NCBI GenBank assembly: GCA_051546255.1
Contig: CP128819.1
Coordinates: 992,001 to 1,056,000, forward strand
DNA: 64,000 nucleotides
Origin: Meyerozyma guilliermondii
Taxonomy: Eukaryota
Direction: 5' to 3'
A model generated the notes under the pieces. It saw nothing but the letters and a program-made list of their open reading frames with translations, was not told the DNA's origin and searched no databases. Position 1 is the first letter of the stretch; each line of letters starts with the position of its first letter. Positions 22,337 to 33,486 of the stretch are shown here, piece after piece. A program made the position numbers and the translations under genes.

Positions 22337-25300
22337 ATGGCGAGGTCCCGATCGCAAAGTTTGACGTTCAATGGCCAGAAAAGCGATGGCGAGCAGCGCA
22401 AGAAGAGACAGGCTGTTTCGGAACTCAAAGAAGTCACCAACTACCTTAAATACGAGTGGCCCCAGCTTTTAGATTCAAAAACAAACCCCATCGATTTGGC
22501 AGTTTCCCTCCTAGATAGGTCTTCTGTGGGGCTAGCACACCGTCTAGACGACTTCCATGACATTTCCAAACAGACTCAGCAGGCATTGAGAAATGTGGTT
22601 AGCCAACACCATGAGGTTTTCAACAACAGCATCGGGTCGTACCATCTTTTACTTTCCAACATTGACAATTCACAGGCCGATACCGAGGAAATCAAACAGC
22701 TTTTGGAGTCCACGACACGCGACATCAACGACCGCAGTGATATGCTCCTGGAACTTAACCAAACCTCGGCGCGTTATACCGAAATGATCGAGATCTTGGA
22801 AGCGATGAACGACTTGACTTCAGTTCCCGACAAAGTGGACCAGCTTATCATCGACAAGAAGATAGACAAGGTGTACGACGAGATATTCAAGGCATACAGC
22901 GTGGCGGAAAAGTATAATTTATGGACTCTTTCGTCTATGAACAGCACTCAGAACTACCTTGAAATGCAATCCAACAATTTGTTTGACATGATAATCGACG
23001 AGTTGCAGAACGAGATCTACCTCCGCAACACCTCAGCGAACCTGGACTCCGAAGCGGCAGCGTGGCAGCATTTTACGGCCACTTCCAATCCGCAATTGAC
23101 GTCATTCAAACTCCTTGTCACCGAGCTGGACACCTTGGAACAATTTATTTACAACTCTGCCAACTTGGACGTCCTGGACGTGGCCGAAGCGTTTTCGGAA
23201 AACGTGAAGGAGTTTGTCAACGTTCAACTTCCGTTACTTCATAGCCATTCCAGTAAGAACGAAGGGGATGTCAACTATGCCATTTTACTTGATTCCAAAC
23301 TGAACAAAAATACCGAGTCGTTCTATTACATCTACCTGTTGCTCAACACCGCCTCGCGACTCAACCGTCTTCCCCAGGCCATCGAGGTCCTTCATAGTAC
23401 CACCCAGCAGGAATTGGGACAAATGTTCTCTCGAATCACCGAAGAAACAAAACTTCGAAATGTCAAGCAGCTTGGAAAATTGGCCAAACTTCTGAATTTT
23501 GACCAAACGAGCTCATCGGAAGATATCGTTAACGGGAACAACTTTAGCGATGCAGCGGTGTCGATTTTAAGTGACTTGTTCTCGTCCTTGTTCGTGAGTT
23601 GCTTGGCAGTGATGCAGCGTCACAAAGTGATCAGTGAGATAGTGGACAAAATTGAACTCCTTCAAAGTCTTCCTACAACCAGCACCTCGTTTTCTCGTTC
23701 TTCTTCGAGATCGGCTCAAAGAACCTACGATATCACTCCAATATGGAACCATATGAAAAAGGAAATGCAGTCGCTCATTATAAGTTACACCTACGATGAT
23801 CTATTTCACGGGAACCAGGCCAACGAGGGACCATCTGGCAATGCTTTGCTCCACGAACTCAATCGAAACGAAGTGTTCAAGTTTGAAAATATTACTCCTG
23901 ACCTGATAGCACAAACTAATGACGACATGAGAAGCATTCTCCAAGAAAGATTTCCAGGATTTAGTCTTTCGTCTGGTCGATCTGACCGGTTCACAGAGCC
24001 CAACGAGTCGCCGTATATCAAAAATGAAAATACCACCACAGCAGTGGAAGTGTTGGTGCCAAAAAACATTTTCAATATGAGAGTGATTCTCGACTTTTTT
24101 CTCATATTCACTGCGGGCAGTCATAGGATATTCGTTGATTTTGCAACCGAAGCTCATGGGCCCGAAAACCGCTCGGCATCGCAGTTCTTTGAGACATTCA
24201 TGAGTACTGTTTTTGCACCCAAATTGAGAGATACTTTTGATGGGATCTTTTATGAGTTTGTGGGAAACTATAACCACAGGGAAGCCCACGAGCAAGGATC
24301 CGGAGCAACTCTGGCTCTTAGAACAGAATTGCACTTTCTCGAGTACCCCGGGTTTGGTTCTGCATTATCAGCGCTCACCCAGAAGAAAATTTCCATTTAT
24401 CAGAATGCCGTTGATTTCAAACGCTTGCTCATTAGTGCATGTTCTGTGCTCAACACTTCGCTTTCGTTTCGCTCGAATTACAGCGAAATCGTATTACACC
24501 TTTTAAGACAATTTTCGTCAGCCTATGATCACTTTTATGGCGAGCTTCTCACCCCAGGCGGAACCGATTTTGTCAACTACAATGTGTCTGAGACACTGAG
24601 TCGTCCCAGTCTGCGAATAAATACCTGGATGAGAATCCCTGCTCTCACAGAGATTTCTGGAGTGATTCTTCAGCAGTCGGGCAGCGACCAAGAACTCAAA
24701 GTTTTGGCAGCCAAAGAAACCGAAATTATGCTATACGACTCCAGCGCTTTCGATATTTCACAAGACGACTTTTTCGACAACGAATCGTTTAAGCATGTTT
24801 GTCATCTTCTTTTAACTTCCACTTGGATATTGACGTGGTTACCTACGCTTCTCAAGCAGTCAGCAATGAGCGACTCTGCGAATAGCGAGAGAGCATCGCG
24901 AGTCGTCAAGCTCAGAGACGAATGGTGTTTCTTGGAAAATGGTCGGGTGAATGTGGTGGGCACCAACGAAGAGGAAAATGTGTTTATTGCTTTGGACCCA
25001 GCAAAGGCAGACTCGTTCTACAAGGTTGTACGAGCATTTGAAACTATTCGCGACAAGACCCTTTTAGCATTGCGGTACGATTTGCGGTGCAAAGCCATCT
25101 ACTATATTAGTCGCTCATACAGAGAAGGAGAATGGCTTCCTATTAATGCTCCTGGAGATGCAGATCAGTATATTGGACAATTTAACAAGGAGGTTTTTGC
25201 GGTGGACGACAGATTGAACAGTGTTTTAAGCGACTTGGAAAGAGAGGGTGTATTCACCGGTTTACCTGAATTTATAAGTTCTTTGATGATGCTGGGCACA

Positions 25301-25624
25301 CAATTGGTTTCCAAGATCAACAGCAACGGTATCAAGCGGATTTTATTGAACATCTTCACCCTTCAGCAAATGTTGAGGAACATGATGAAAAAGTCAGAAT
25401 CTGTGGATTTCACAAAAGTGTCGATATTCTTTGAGTTGTTCACCCAGTCGGAGCAGACGTTGGTGAACCGGTTTGAAAAACGAGATCTAGGGTTCACCAA
25501 GAACGACATGTTGGAGTTGATACGGTTGGTCTACAGTGAAAAATTGGGCGACGGAGGAGGAAGCGCCTTCAACAAAAGTAAGTACAACGAGCTTCGAAAA
25601 AGAGCTGACGATATATTCGGATAG
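22337..25624 (+). CDS. SEC8: Exocyst subunit Sec8
   Basis: NPIDLAVSLLDRSSVGLAHR...VSQHHEVFNNSIGSYH N-terminal signature; about 1095 aa. Confidence 0.92.
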   Translation: MARSRSQSLTFNGQKSDGEQRKKRQAVSELKEVTNYLKYEWPQLLDSKTNPIDLAVSLLDRSSVGLAHRLDDFHDISKQTQQALRNVVSQHHEVFNNSIGSYHLLLSNIDNSQADTEEIKQLLESTTRDINDRSDMLLELNQTSARYTEMIEILEAMNDLTSVPDKVDQLIIDKKIDKVYDEIFKAYSVAEKYNLWTLSSMNSTQNYLEMQSNNLFDMIIDELQNEIYLRNTSANLDSEAAAWQHFTATSNPQLTSFKLLVTELDTLEQFIYNSANLDVLDVAEAFSENVKEFVNVQLPLLHSHSSKNEGDVNYAILLDSKLNKNTESFYYIYLLLNTASRLNRLPQAIEVLHSTTQQELGQMFSRITEETKLRNVKQLGKLAKLLNFDQTSSSEDIVNGNNFSDAAVSILSDLFSSLFVSCLAVMQRHKVISEIVDKIELLQSLPTTSTSFSRSSSRSAQRTYDITPIWNHMKKEMQSLIISYTYDDLFHGNQANEGPSGNALLHELNRNEVFKFENITPDLIAQTNDDMRSILQERFPGFSLSSGRSDRFTEPNESPYIKNENTTTAVEVLVPKNIFNMRVILDFFLIFTAGSHRIFVDFATEAHGPENRSASQFFETFMSTVFAPKLRDTFDGIFYEFVGNYNHREAHEQGSGATLALRTELHFLEYPGFGSALSALTQKKISIYQNAVDFKRLLISACSVLNTSLSFRSNYSEIVLHLLRQFSSAYDHFYGELLTPGGTDFVNYNVSETLSRPSLRINTWMRIPALTEISGVILQQSGSDQELKVLAAKETEIMLYDSSAFDISQDDFFDNESFKHVCHLLLTSTWILTWLPTLLKQSAMSDSANSERASRVVKLRDEWCFLENGRVNVVGTNEEENVFIALDPAKADSFYKVVRAFETIRDKTLLALRYDLRCKAIYYISRSYREGEWLPINAPGDADQYIGQFNKEVFAVDDRLNSVLSDLEREGVFTGLPEFISSLMMLGTQLVSKINSNGIKRILLNIFTLQQMLRNMMKKSESVDFTKVSIFFELFTQSEQTLVNRFEKRDLGFTKNDMLELIRLVYSEKLGDGGGSAFNKSKYNELRKRADDIFG

Positions 25625-25735
25625 ATATCTATAAGGAGTGGTGAGTTGTGGTAAAGTGTTGTGAAGTGTAGTGGAATGGAAAGTAGCTTAGTCTTGTTCT
25701 TCTGATTTGTACTTCACCATTATCTCGTATAATCA

Positions 25736-26434
25736 TTAGCAGTGAAACGTGGAACCCAACGGCTTGAGGTTCATTCGGTCCGATAGTCTCTCAAAGACAA
25801 ACCGGCCAACTCCCAAGCCGAGAACCACCGCAAAGAAGTACGTCAAGGTGTACGACATGGCAGCCAACATCAACGCAAATCCAAAGAGATCCGGCAAGAT
25901 GCACAAGGCTAGACGGATGGCATTGCGGAACAAGCTAGAAGCAAATGACAAGCTGGGTGAAGTTTGGTTGGTTGTAACCTCCGCGGCTACTTCTGAGTCT
26001 GACGATAATTTATTTGTCTGAACTGGCCCGCAGCAATCTGAACGAGACCCCACAGGGGTCAATGTTTCCTGACCAGGATGGCACTCGACATAGGTTGGGT
26101 TTTTCCACACAACCAGCTCGAGGTAGTTTCTCACGAACTCTATGCCTCGGGTAAGAAAACCAACCACAAACAAGAGCAAAAAGATTCCGAAAGCCTGGCC
26201 CTTGTTACTGGCAGTAAGGGTTTTGAACAACACAGGATAGTTCTTGTACTGGGTAGTAAAGTACATGTGCATCAGTTCCATATCCATACCATGGTCATGA
26301 TCCATATCCATACCGGTGGAAGTCGACATGGAACCCATTGTGGAAGAAGCCATATCCATCATGCTGTGAGTCATTGAAGCCATTGAACCCATCGAGGAGG
26401 AAGCCATATCCATGTGGCGCTTAACGTGGTGCAT
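25736..26434 (-). CDS. CTR1: High-affinity copper transporter
   Basis: Met/His-rich N-terminus, YPVLFK...QAFGIF...EFVRNYLE, MLAAM (MxxxM), GxxxG, C-terminal HC. Confidence 0.92.
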   Translation of the reverse strand: MHHVKRHMDMASSSMGSMASMTHSMMDMASSTMGSMSTSTGMDMDHDHGMDMELMHMYFTTQYKNYPVLFKTLTASNKGQAFGIFLLLFVVGFLTRGIEFVRNYLELVVWKNPTYVECHPGQETLTPVGSRSDCCGPVQTNKLSSDSEVAAEVTTNQTSPSLSFASSLFRNAIRLALCILPDLFGFALMLAAMSYTLTYFFAVVLGLGVGRFVFERLSDRMNLKPLGSTFHC

Positions 26435-26483
26435 TATTAGGTTTTGGAAAATGGTCGGGGTAAGCTGGTAATTTATACCTTCA

Positions 26484-26539
26484 TATTTGCTCGTGAGATG
26501 CCTGTTTTCGGGTCGAATGTGAGCATTTTAAGTCACGTG
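26484..26539. promoter_or_regulatory. CTR1 promoter: Mac1 copper-response element and Cbf1-type site
   Basis: TATTTGCTCG at 26484-26493 matches the CuRE TTTGC(T/G)C(A/G). An imperfect inverted copy (TGAGCAT) is near 26520, GTCACGTG is at 26532-26539, and minus-strand TATAAAT is at 26477-26471. Confidence 0.6.
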
Positions 26540-26565
26540 CGCGCATCGACCATCGCCGGTTACGG

Positions 26566-28029
26566 CTATTGATCGCCTCGTACGAGGCCCGGGCAGCGAT
26601 GAGTACCACCCAAAACATGGTCATTTAGCCAGTCCTGGGCCAGGAACCGGGCCCCACACGCTGCACACAGGCCATCGAGTGGAATCATGTCGGTGAGAGT
26701 ACTATGACTTCGGCCGCGCGGATTATCGAATTTGAAGTGAGCACGAAGAAGGTGCTTTTTGTAGTCGTAGGGGCGATTAAACTTTCCAGTTTTGTGTGAG
26801 CACGTAGAGCGCGGGTAGACACACTTGAAACGGCCAACTTCGTCGTGGATACGCATGTGCCTCGTAAGGTCTCTTGAGATGAATTTTTCACAAATCACAC
26901 AAACCGAACCTTTCCCCGGTTTTTTCTTCTTGATAGCGTCTTTGTTGGAACCGATGGAAGATATCGAAGCGTTGCTCTGGTTCGAATCGGTGCGGTGGAA
27001 CGTTGGTCTTTCGATGTCGAGGTGAGATATGTACAGTTTGGCGAGCGGCACCGGTTCGACGTCGAATGGATCGGGATGATATTCCGGAGGATGGAAGGGA
27101 AGTGGCTCTAGTTCTGGTTCAGGAACAAACTGGGCGAATTCCTGATCGGAACCGGTATTGTTAGCCATATCTTTGGACGAATTTGTGCTCTTGCGCTCCA
27201 AGCCGGTATCGTAAAAGTCAAAGTAGTCGTTCTGGATGGATGTAGGAGGTTTCATGAGAGGTGTAGTGTCTGTTTGAAACTGATGGAGCCTGTAGTCGTC
27301 TCCTGGAAACCCCTCCAAATCGGGATCTTGGATGCGAAGGTGGTCGTCCACGTCGAAGCTGGAATCTGAATGGGACGAAGCCAAGGGTTCTTTGAATTTC
27401 AGCAACAATTTGTTGTCTAGATTGTCTAACGGGATGAAAGTGGGTTTTTTCTTGGGTATCACGGGCGGTTTGGAGGCACGGACGTGGAGGGATTCCTTTG
27501 GTTTTGGGTTATTTGGAGGCGCCAAATCGTGGTCCTTGGGGGTAGCTGGGGTGGAGTCGTGGGCAGAAAAGTCAAAGTAGGTGAGAAAGTCATCGGGAGA
27601 CGATTCTTTCGAGACATAGTTGATGGTTGCGGAGGGAAGCCCAGACACAAACGACACTGTCTCGGGCTGTTCTGGGGCGAATCGTCGTTGGTTTTGCATC
27701 GGAACGTGGAGGGAGGATCCGTTGTAGATGTGGGGGATGGAGTGGGGGTTATGTGGGAGTAAATTTTGGTTTCTTGGGTCGATTCTGTGCTGGTCGTGGT
27801 TTATGCTTTGATCATGGTTGTTTTGGCTTTGAGTTTGTGGGTTTTGGCTTTGACTTTGGTCGTGGTATCGAGGAAGAAACAGGGTGTATTGGAACCTATC
27901 GTTGTAAAACTGGTCGAAATTGGCATGTTGCCACATTTTGGTGGGATCAGGACTTGCGGGGTTGTCGAAATAGCGACCGTCCTGCGATTGTAGTTTTCGA
28001 GGGTCGTCGTAATCAGACGTATTTGTCAT
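26566..28029 (-). CDS. C2H2 zinc-finger transcription factor, paralog 1
   Basis: CVICEKFISRDLTRHMRIH, CVYPRSTC...FNRPYDYKKHLLRAH, CAACGARF...WLNDHV; low-complexity N-terminus. Confidence 0.88.
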   Translation of the reverse strand: MTNTSDYDDPRKLQSQDGRYFDNPASPDPTKMWQHANFDQFYNDRFQYTLFLPRYHDQSQSQNPQTQSQNNHDQSINHDQHRIDPRNQNLLPHNPHSIPHIYNGSSLHVPMQNQRRFAPEQPETVSFVSGLPSATINYVSKESSPDDFLTYFDFSAHDSTPATPKDHDLAPPNNPKPKESLHVRASKPPVIPKKKPTFIPLDNLDNKLLLKFKEPLASSHSDSSFDVDDHLRIQDPDLEGFPGDDYRLHQFQTDTTPLMKPPTSIQNDYFDFYDTGLERKSTNSSKDMANNTGSDQEFAQFVPEPELEPLPFHPPEYHPDPFDVEPVPLAKLYISHLDIERPTFHRTDSNQSNASISSIGSNKDAIKKKKPGKGSVCVICEKFISRDLTRHMRIHDEVGRFKCVYPRSTCSHKTGKFNRPYDYKKHLLRAHFKFDNPRGRSHSTLTDMIPLDGLCAACGARFLAQDWLNDHVLGGTHRCPGLVRGDQ

Positions 28030-28701
28030 TTTGAGTGGCTAAGAATGTGGTGGAGTGGTGTGACATACAATAAGAATAGCCTGGGGCACCCAACTAAAGT
28101 GTAACACTGTTAAAATTGAAAGGCCAGCGAAATTGGTGTGGTGACAAAATGAATAAGGTGGAATGTTTTGTGAAGAAAACGAATAAATTTGTAGTTCTTC
28201 GAGTAGAAATTGGTTCTCCTGGTCCTCTTGATTGTATAGAAGACGGTAGTTGATCACAAAATCTTAAAAAATTTGGTTTGCAACAACCGTTTATATGTAA
28301 AGGGAGCAACAAGTGACTATGGAGTGGGGATGTGCGGGTGTGGTGTATGGGCGTGCCATTTTATATGTGGGGGCGCAGTGACCACCGCACCGAGTGGTTT
28401 ACGGATGTGATGGGTTTCAGTGTAAGAAAATATTTGGGTGGATGCTCATAACCGAGCGATCGAGCCGCGCTAGACAGGGATCTGTGAAACGGCGTGCGGG
28501 CACCAAGACGGGGTGCAACATGGGTGCAGAATGACTGCAGAACTGAGCTTAATTGCGCAAATGCAGCAGCAGTACCTTAATGCAATCCAATCTGAATTGC
28601 TGCTGCTCTGCGCTGTTTCTGCAGTGTATCTACTAATTTGAACTGCTGCTACTGCTCTGCTCCGCTCTGCTCCGCTTCACTCTCAATGTCTCATTATCTA
28701 T

Positions 28702-29571
28702 TTAAAAATCGTCCATATATGGACACCTCTTCGTTATATCTCCCGTCATCACATGGTCCTCGAGCCACGACGCTCCCAGAAACCTGAGCCCGCATTGACA
28801 AGTTCCCCAATACGTGAGCTTACCACTGAGGGTGTGATGTTTTTTTATTTCCGGATCATCGAATTCAAAATGGCGATTTAACAAGTGCTTCTTGAAATCA
28901 TACCGTCGGTTGAACCGGCCCAGTTTGTGATTGCATTGACCTTTTGGGAACTTGCATTCGAACCGCGAATCCAGACGGTGCGTCCGCATATGCCGACTCA
29001 TATCTCTGGTAATTTTCTTGCCGCAAACGGAACAGAGACTGTAGTCTACACATGTGGTTTCCACCATGGGGAGAATCATGCTGGAATTGGCATTAATCAT
29101 ACTGGTCATATCGGGGTACTGATGCGGGTCCACCGGTGGCTGATCCGCCCCCAATTCTAGTGGGCCACTTCGTAGTATTTGAGGCGACAATTGAGGCCGC
29201 GAAGAATACGAGTATTGAGGACTCGATAAAAAAGACAGGGGCTGGGTGGGGGAAAACGAGTCGAGGTCGGGGTCGTCGTGGCCGCGGAGCTGACCAGGCA
29301 AGAAGCCAAGGGAATGATTTTGTTGATTAAGGGCTTGGATCTGTTGACTAAGGGTTTGACTAGTTTGTTGATTAAGGGATTGTTGATTAATTTGATTTTG
29401 GCTGCTTTGTTGTTGATTATTGGTTTGGTTTTGGTTTAATTGGCTTTGTTGTTGGTTGTGGCTTGGTTGACCCTTCAGCTCGGGAAGCTGGTAAAGGTGA
29501 TAAAGCTCCCCGTTTTCAAAGGTATTGGAAAAGTTGGGCAAAACAGCTTCGGTATAATTGAGTAATTCCAT
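28702..29571 (-). CDS. C2H2 zinc-finger transcription factor, paralog 2, Q/N-rich N-terminus
   Basis: CSVCGKKITRDMSRHMRTH, CKFPKGQC...FNRRYDFKKHLLNRH, CQCGLRF...WLEDHV; TATATAA about 90 bp upstream. Confidence 0.88.
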   Translation of the reverse strand: MELLNYTEAVLPNFSNTFENGELYHLYQLPELKGQPSHNQQQSQLNQNQTNNQQQSSQNQINQQSLNQQTSQTLSQQIQALNQQNHSLGFLPGQLRGHDDPDLDSFSPTQPLSFLSSPQYSYSSRPQLSPQILRSGPLELGADQPPVDPHQYPDMTSMINANSSMILPMVETTCVDYSLCSVCGKKITRDMSRHMRTHRLDSRFECKFPKGQCNHKLGRFNRRYDFKKHLLNRHFEFDDPEIKKHHTLSGKLTYWGTCQCGLRFLGASWLEDHVMTGDITKRCPYMDDF

Positions 29572-32169
29572 AGGCAATGTAGTGATAGGCTGGTATTAGT
29601 AAAGCCAGATTCGGTTACAATATTAGAACGGCTAATTGAGGTGTAATCGCCTTATCACCTTTATATAATTATGGCCATAAAAATTATGAAAAACGACCAA
29701 TCGCCCTTGGGTCTGCTATTTAAAGTTTCAAATGGCTATTCAGCAAGCAACGATACTCTAGAATCCAAGGCGAATATGCGATTCGTCGTCTGTGGCTCTG
29801 CCGCATTGAAATGAGTATGCATACGGCCAGTTGCGGCCCACATGAAACCATGCATGAGAGGGGGCAGGAAAAAAAATAAAAAAAAGAACCTCTGGAAAGA
29901 TGTGGGAGACTAACATGAAATTGCACTTTTAGACCAATTTGAGTAGACTGAGGAGATGAAGTGCCGAGACCAATACACTCAATGATCAGTAGACAATAGG
30001 ATGGAACATGAACAAGGGCCTGAACTCTGGGGTGAACCTTGGGTGAACCATGGGTGAACCATGCAGACCTTCGACTTCGACATGCAGCTGCACATGTAAG
30101 CGATGACCGAAACGCATTTGTAGTGCATCGAGGCTAATTTACGCCGCCGTTCTTTTCGAATATGTCCGCATCAGAATTGCTGCAGCCTGCACCGAACCCA
30201 ACAGCACCGATCGGAGGGGAGAAATTCCCAAGTGGGGTAAGGGTTGTCTGGGCGTCAAGCGCAGTCGCTTATTTGCGTGGCGGCATTGCCTAATATTTGG
30301 GTGCTTGTCGTAAGTGACTACTTGTGATTGGCTTTATCAATATGCGCAATGTGGAAATTTCAAGGCCGAGAAATATTTTTTAGTCTATACAGATCTCTAG
30401 GCTTGTGAACTACTTTTAGTTTCAGCACTGACGTCAGTGTTGCGGCGCCACCCAGAAGGGTTTGAACCGAATAGCAAAAATGTTCATATGATTATGATTC
30501 GTAATAATACTCTTGATAACATTGAGAAATAACTTCATTCTATCGGAGAACATCCATCGGAACCTTACATAAAATTGACACAAATGGGTGAGATCTTGCG
30601 GTTGCACCTGCAGCAATAGGAGATCTCACCTCATCATCTAACGGCCAACAAATTTTAGTAACATTAGGCGAGCATATCCGATATGGCGATCGGTGATCTT
30701 CGGTGAAAAGTAATAAAAAGACCGATAAAAGAAATTGAAAGAGGTGAAAAGAAACAAATAGGAAGGAAAAGAAACAATTATACCGAAGAGAATTGATCGT
30801 CCAATATTGATCGGCTAGGCAACTAAACAATGCAAAAGGTGCATTTCGCTACGTTAACGAAAGGTGGGGACGACGACATACAATATAAAAAAGATGGGCA
30901 TACGAAACAATGGTCATTGTAATAACCGAAAAATAATAAATTCATTTCCGGGTCGCCAAGTAGACGAATTCATTTCAAGCCGACATGCCGCTCGTAAGTA
31001 CGAGGTAAGCGTCACGAGAAGAAACCTGTACCCTGTGCGGCTCACCCTGCATCAATTAAATTGCGCGAAATGAAGTACAGGAAACGGAAGATTCTAGGCA
31101 TATGCAAAAATAGAGTCGGCATATGCATATGCAACAGGTACGAATGAGGCTCTATTGTGGACTCTCGGAATTACTGGGAAGGAGGAAATAAATCCGTAAC
31201 GTGCAGATTCCTTGTGGTTTCGCCAAGAATTTTGTTCCTCGAACCGACTGTCGTCTCTGCAAGAACCCCACTATTATCCGCCGCCAATCTTCTAAAAGTT
31301 ACTGAACAATTTTGGGATGTAAATCGCCAGCAACTCCGGCGCTGTATGCAGGTCTCGTCAAATTTCATTTCCATGCATCGAGCGAAACTGTTTAAACCGA
31401 AATGTTGGGAGGGAAACTTTTCTAATCTCCGTTAAAGTTGTCGTGTAACGATCACGTGACTATCATCGAAGATGTTTGAAGTAAGAATGTAAAGTTTATT
31501 TTAGATGATAACGACTAAGTTCTGGGCATTTAAATTTTCCGCTTTCAGCCTGAAATTTAGTCTTTCAATGTTTTGAGGTTCTCATTTTCAGAGACTTTCT
31601 CAATTATCAATTTCAATTCTCATTTTCGGTGATTTTTTCAATTCTCATTTTTCAGTAATTTTGAAATATTGCTCGCAATTTGCACCCAATATTTCTGCAA
31701 CTTTTCATGTAAAATTGAAAAGCGAACTAGTCGAGACCGTCGAATATGCATGAGCTGCATCAATGCCAAAAAAGGAAACGCTAGACGAGAATAATGCATG
31801 TTTTGCGGAATGCAACTAAACTATGATACAGGCCATGTGCAAGACTAGTGCGATTACGAGGTTAAAGCTACGAGACTAAGAGATCAGAGACTCAAGAGGA
31901 TTATTCATTTTTAGTTTTGGAAAACTTAAAAGTCTTTGAATTTGAATTATAAACTTCAACTGGCAAGTGGAGCGAAATAGACGATTTCTGAGCCGAATGT
32001 GGACTTGTTAGCCGCTTATTGCTATTTCGAGCAATTTAAATTTCAAATCTAAAAACGCTTCTCACCAGTTTCGAATTCAAATTTATTCCAAGGTCCTCAG
32101 TGACAAGAAAAGATTCAGCACTGAACAACAGTATTACCAGTTTATCTTCATCTCGTGTTTGAGCGGCAT

Positions 32170-32196
32170 ATCACGTGACCTTTCTATTCACGTGAC
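32170..32196. promoter_or_regulatory. Two Cbf1-type TCACGTGAC sites upstream of RPL15
   Basis: ATCACGTGAC at 32170-32179 and TCACGTGAC at 32188-32196. Confidence 0.65.
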
Positions 32197-32289
32197 CCCA
32201 TTTCGCAGTCACCGCCGGGTAACTCCTCTTCCACGACCCGCGCTAACAAAAATTTTTCATATTTTTCATCATCTACCAACCACTACAAC

Positions 32290-32904
32290 ATGGGTGCCTA
32301 CAAATACTTGGAAGAGCTTCAAAGAAAGAAGCAATCAGATGTGATGCGTTTCCTCTACCGTGTCAGATGCTGGGAATTGAGACAAAAGAACGTCATCCAC
32401 AGAGCTTCTAGACCTTCCAGACCAGACAAGGCTAGAAGATTGGGTTACAAGGCCAAGCAAGGTTTCGTTATCTTCCGTGTTAGAGTCAGAAGAGGTAACA
32501 GAAAGAGACCTGTTCCAAAGGGCGCCACTTACGGTAAGCCAACCAACCAAGGTGTTAAGCACTTGAAGTACCAAAGATCTTTGAGAACCACCGCCGAAGA
32601 GAGAGTTGGTCGTCGTGCTGCCAACTTGAGAGTTTTGAACTCTTACTGGATCAACCAAGACTCCACCTACAAGTACTACGAGGTGATCTTGGTCGACCCA
32701 TCTCACAAGGCTATTAGAAGAGATGCCAGATACAACTGGATTGTCAACCCAGTGCACAAGCACAGAGAATCCAGAGGTTTGACTTCCGCCGGAAAGAAAT
32801 CCAGAGGTATCAACAAGGGTCACCTTTACAACAAGACCAAGGCTGGACGTCGTCACACCTGGAAGAAGCACAACACTTTGTCGTTGTGGAGATACAGAAA
32901 GTGA
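32290..32904 (+). CDS. RPL15: 60S ribosomal protein eL15
   Basis: [18 protein letters not shown]...LSLWRYRK; strong codon bias. Confidence 0.99.
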   Translation: MGAYKYLEELQRKKQSDVMRFLYRVRCWELRQKNVIHRASRPSRPDKARRLGYKAKQGFVIFRVRVRRGNRKRPVPKGATYGKPTNQGVKHLKYQRSLRTTAEERVGRRAANLRVLNSYWINQDSTYKYYEVILVDPSHKAIRRDARYNWIVNPVHKHRESRGLTSAGKKSRGINKGHLYNKTKAGRRHTWKKHNTLSLWRYRK

Positions 32905-33486
32905 TTGGACGCTGGAGTTGTGGATGCTATTTGGTGTCAGGTTTGCTGTGCTGGTTTTCCAGGGTTTTCTGTTTTTCGGTCAACGTTTGGACTTCCTTGG
33001 ACTAGACTTGCTTCAGCTTTGCTTGGCAGTTAATACAAATCTCTTTCATCTCAATGATGTAGAAGCGTAGACACACTTTAAATTTTCTCTTCTCTTTTTG
33101 AATATTTCTCAGGAAGCTTGTTGACGGAAATTGTCAGCAATAAAAAGGTGATGTGGTATTGAAGCAGATCGGAAATTAAATCCGAACAATGGATCTAATG
33201 GACTTAGACTGAAAGTCAATTAAAGTAGAAGACTGAAAAGTAAAAGAATTAGTAGAATTAATGAAAGTGACAGAAAACCAAAATTATTCAATATCAAAGA
33301 AGAAAGTCGACTTGTATATCAAATTCAAGTCTTTGCACTGCTCAATGCTTAGTTCTTTGCACTGCTCACTGCTTCACAGTTCGCAGTTCGCAGTTTCGCA
33401 TTCCCACCCAACCACCACTGACTCGGCCCCCCAATTGACCGCGAATAATTAATCACTCCTCAACACTTTTCGTTTGCTACATTTCA

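Noticed and set aside
29572..29615. TACTAAT...CAG upstream of the second C2H2 gene as an intron end
   Set aside because: No credible donor between it and the nearby TATA box.
31225..31262. GGTTCGA on the minus strand as a tRNA T-loop
   Set aside because: No complete B box, A box or cloverleaf stems are visible. No tRNA or rRNA was seen in the window.
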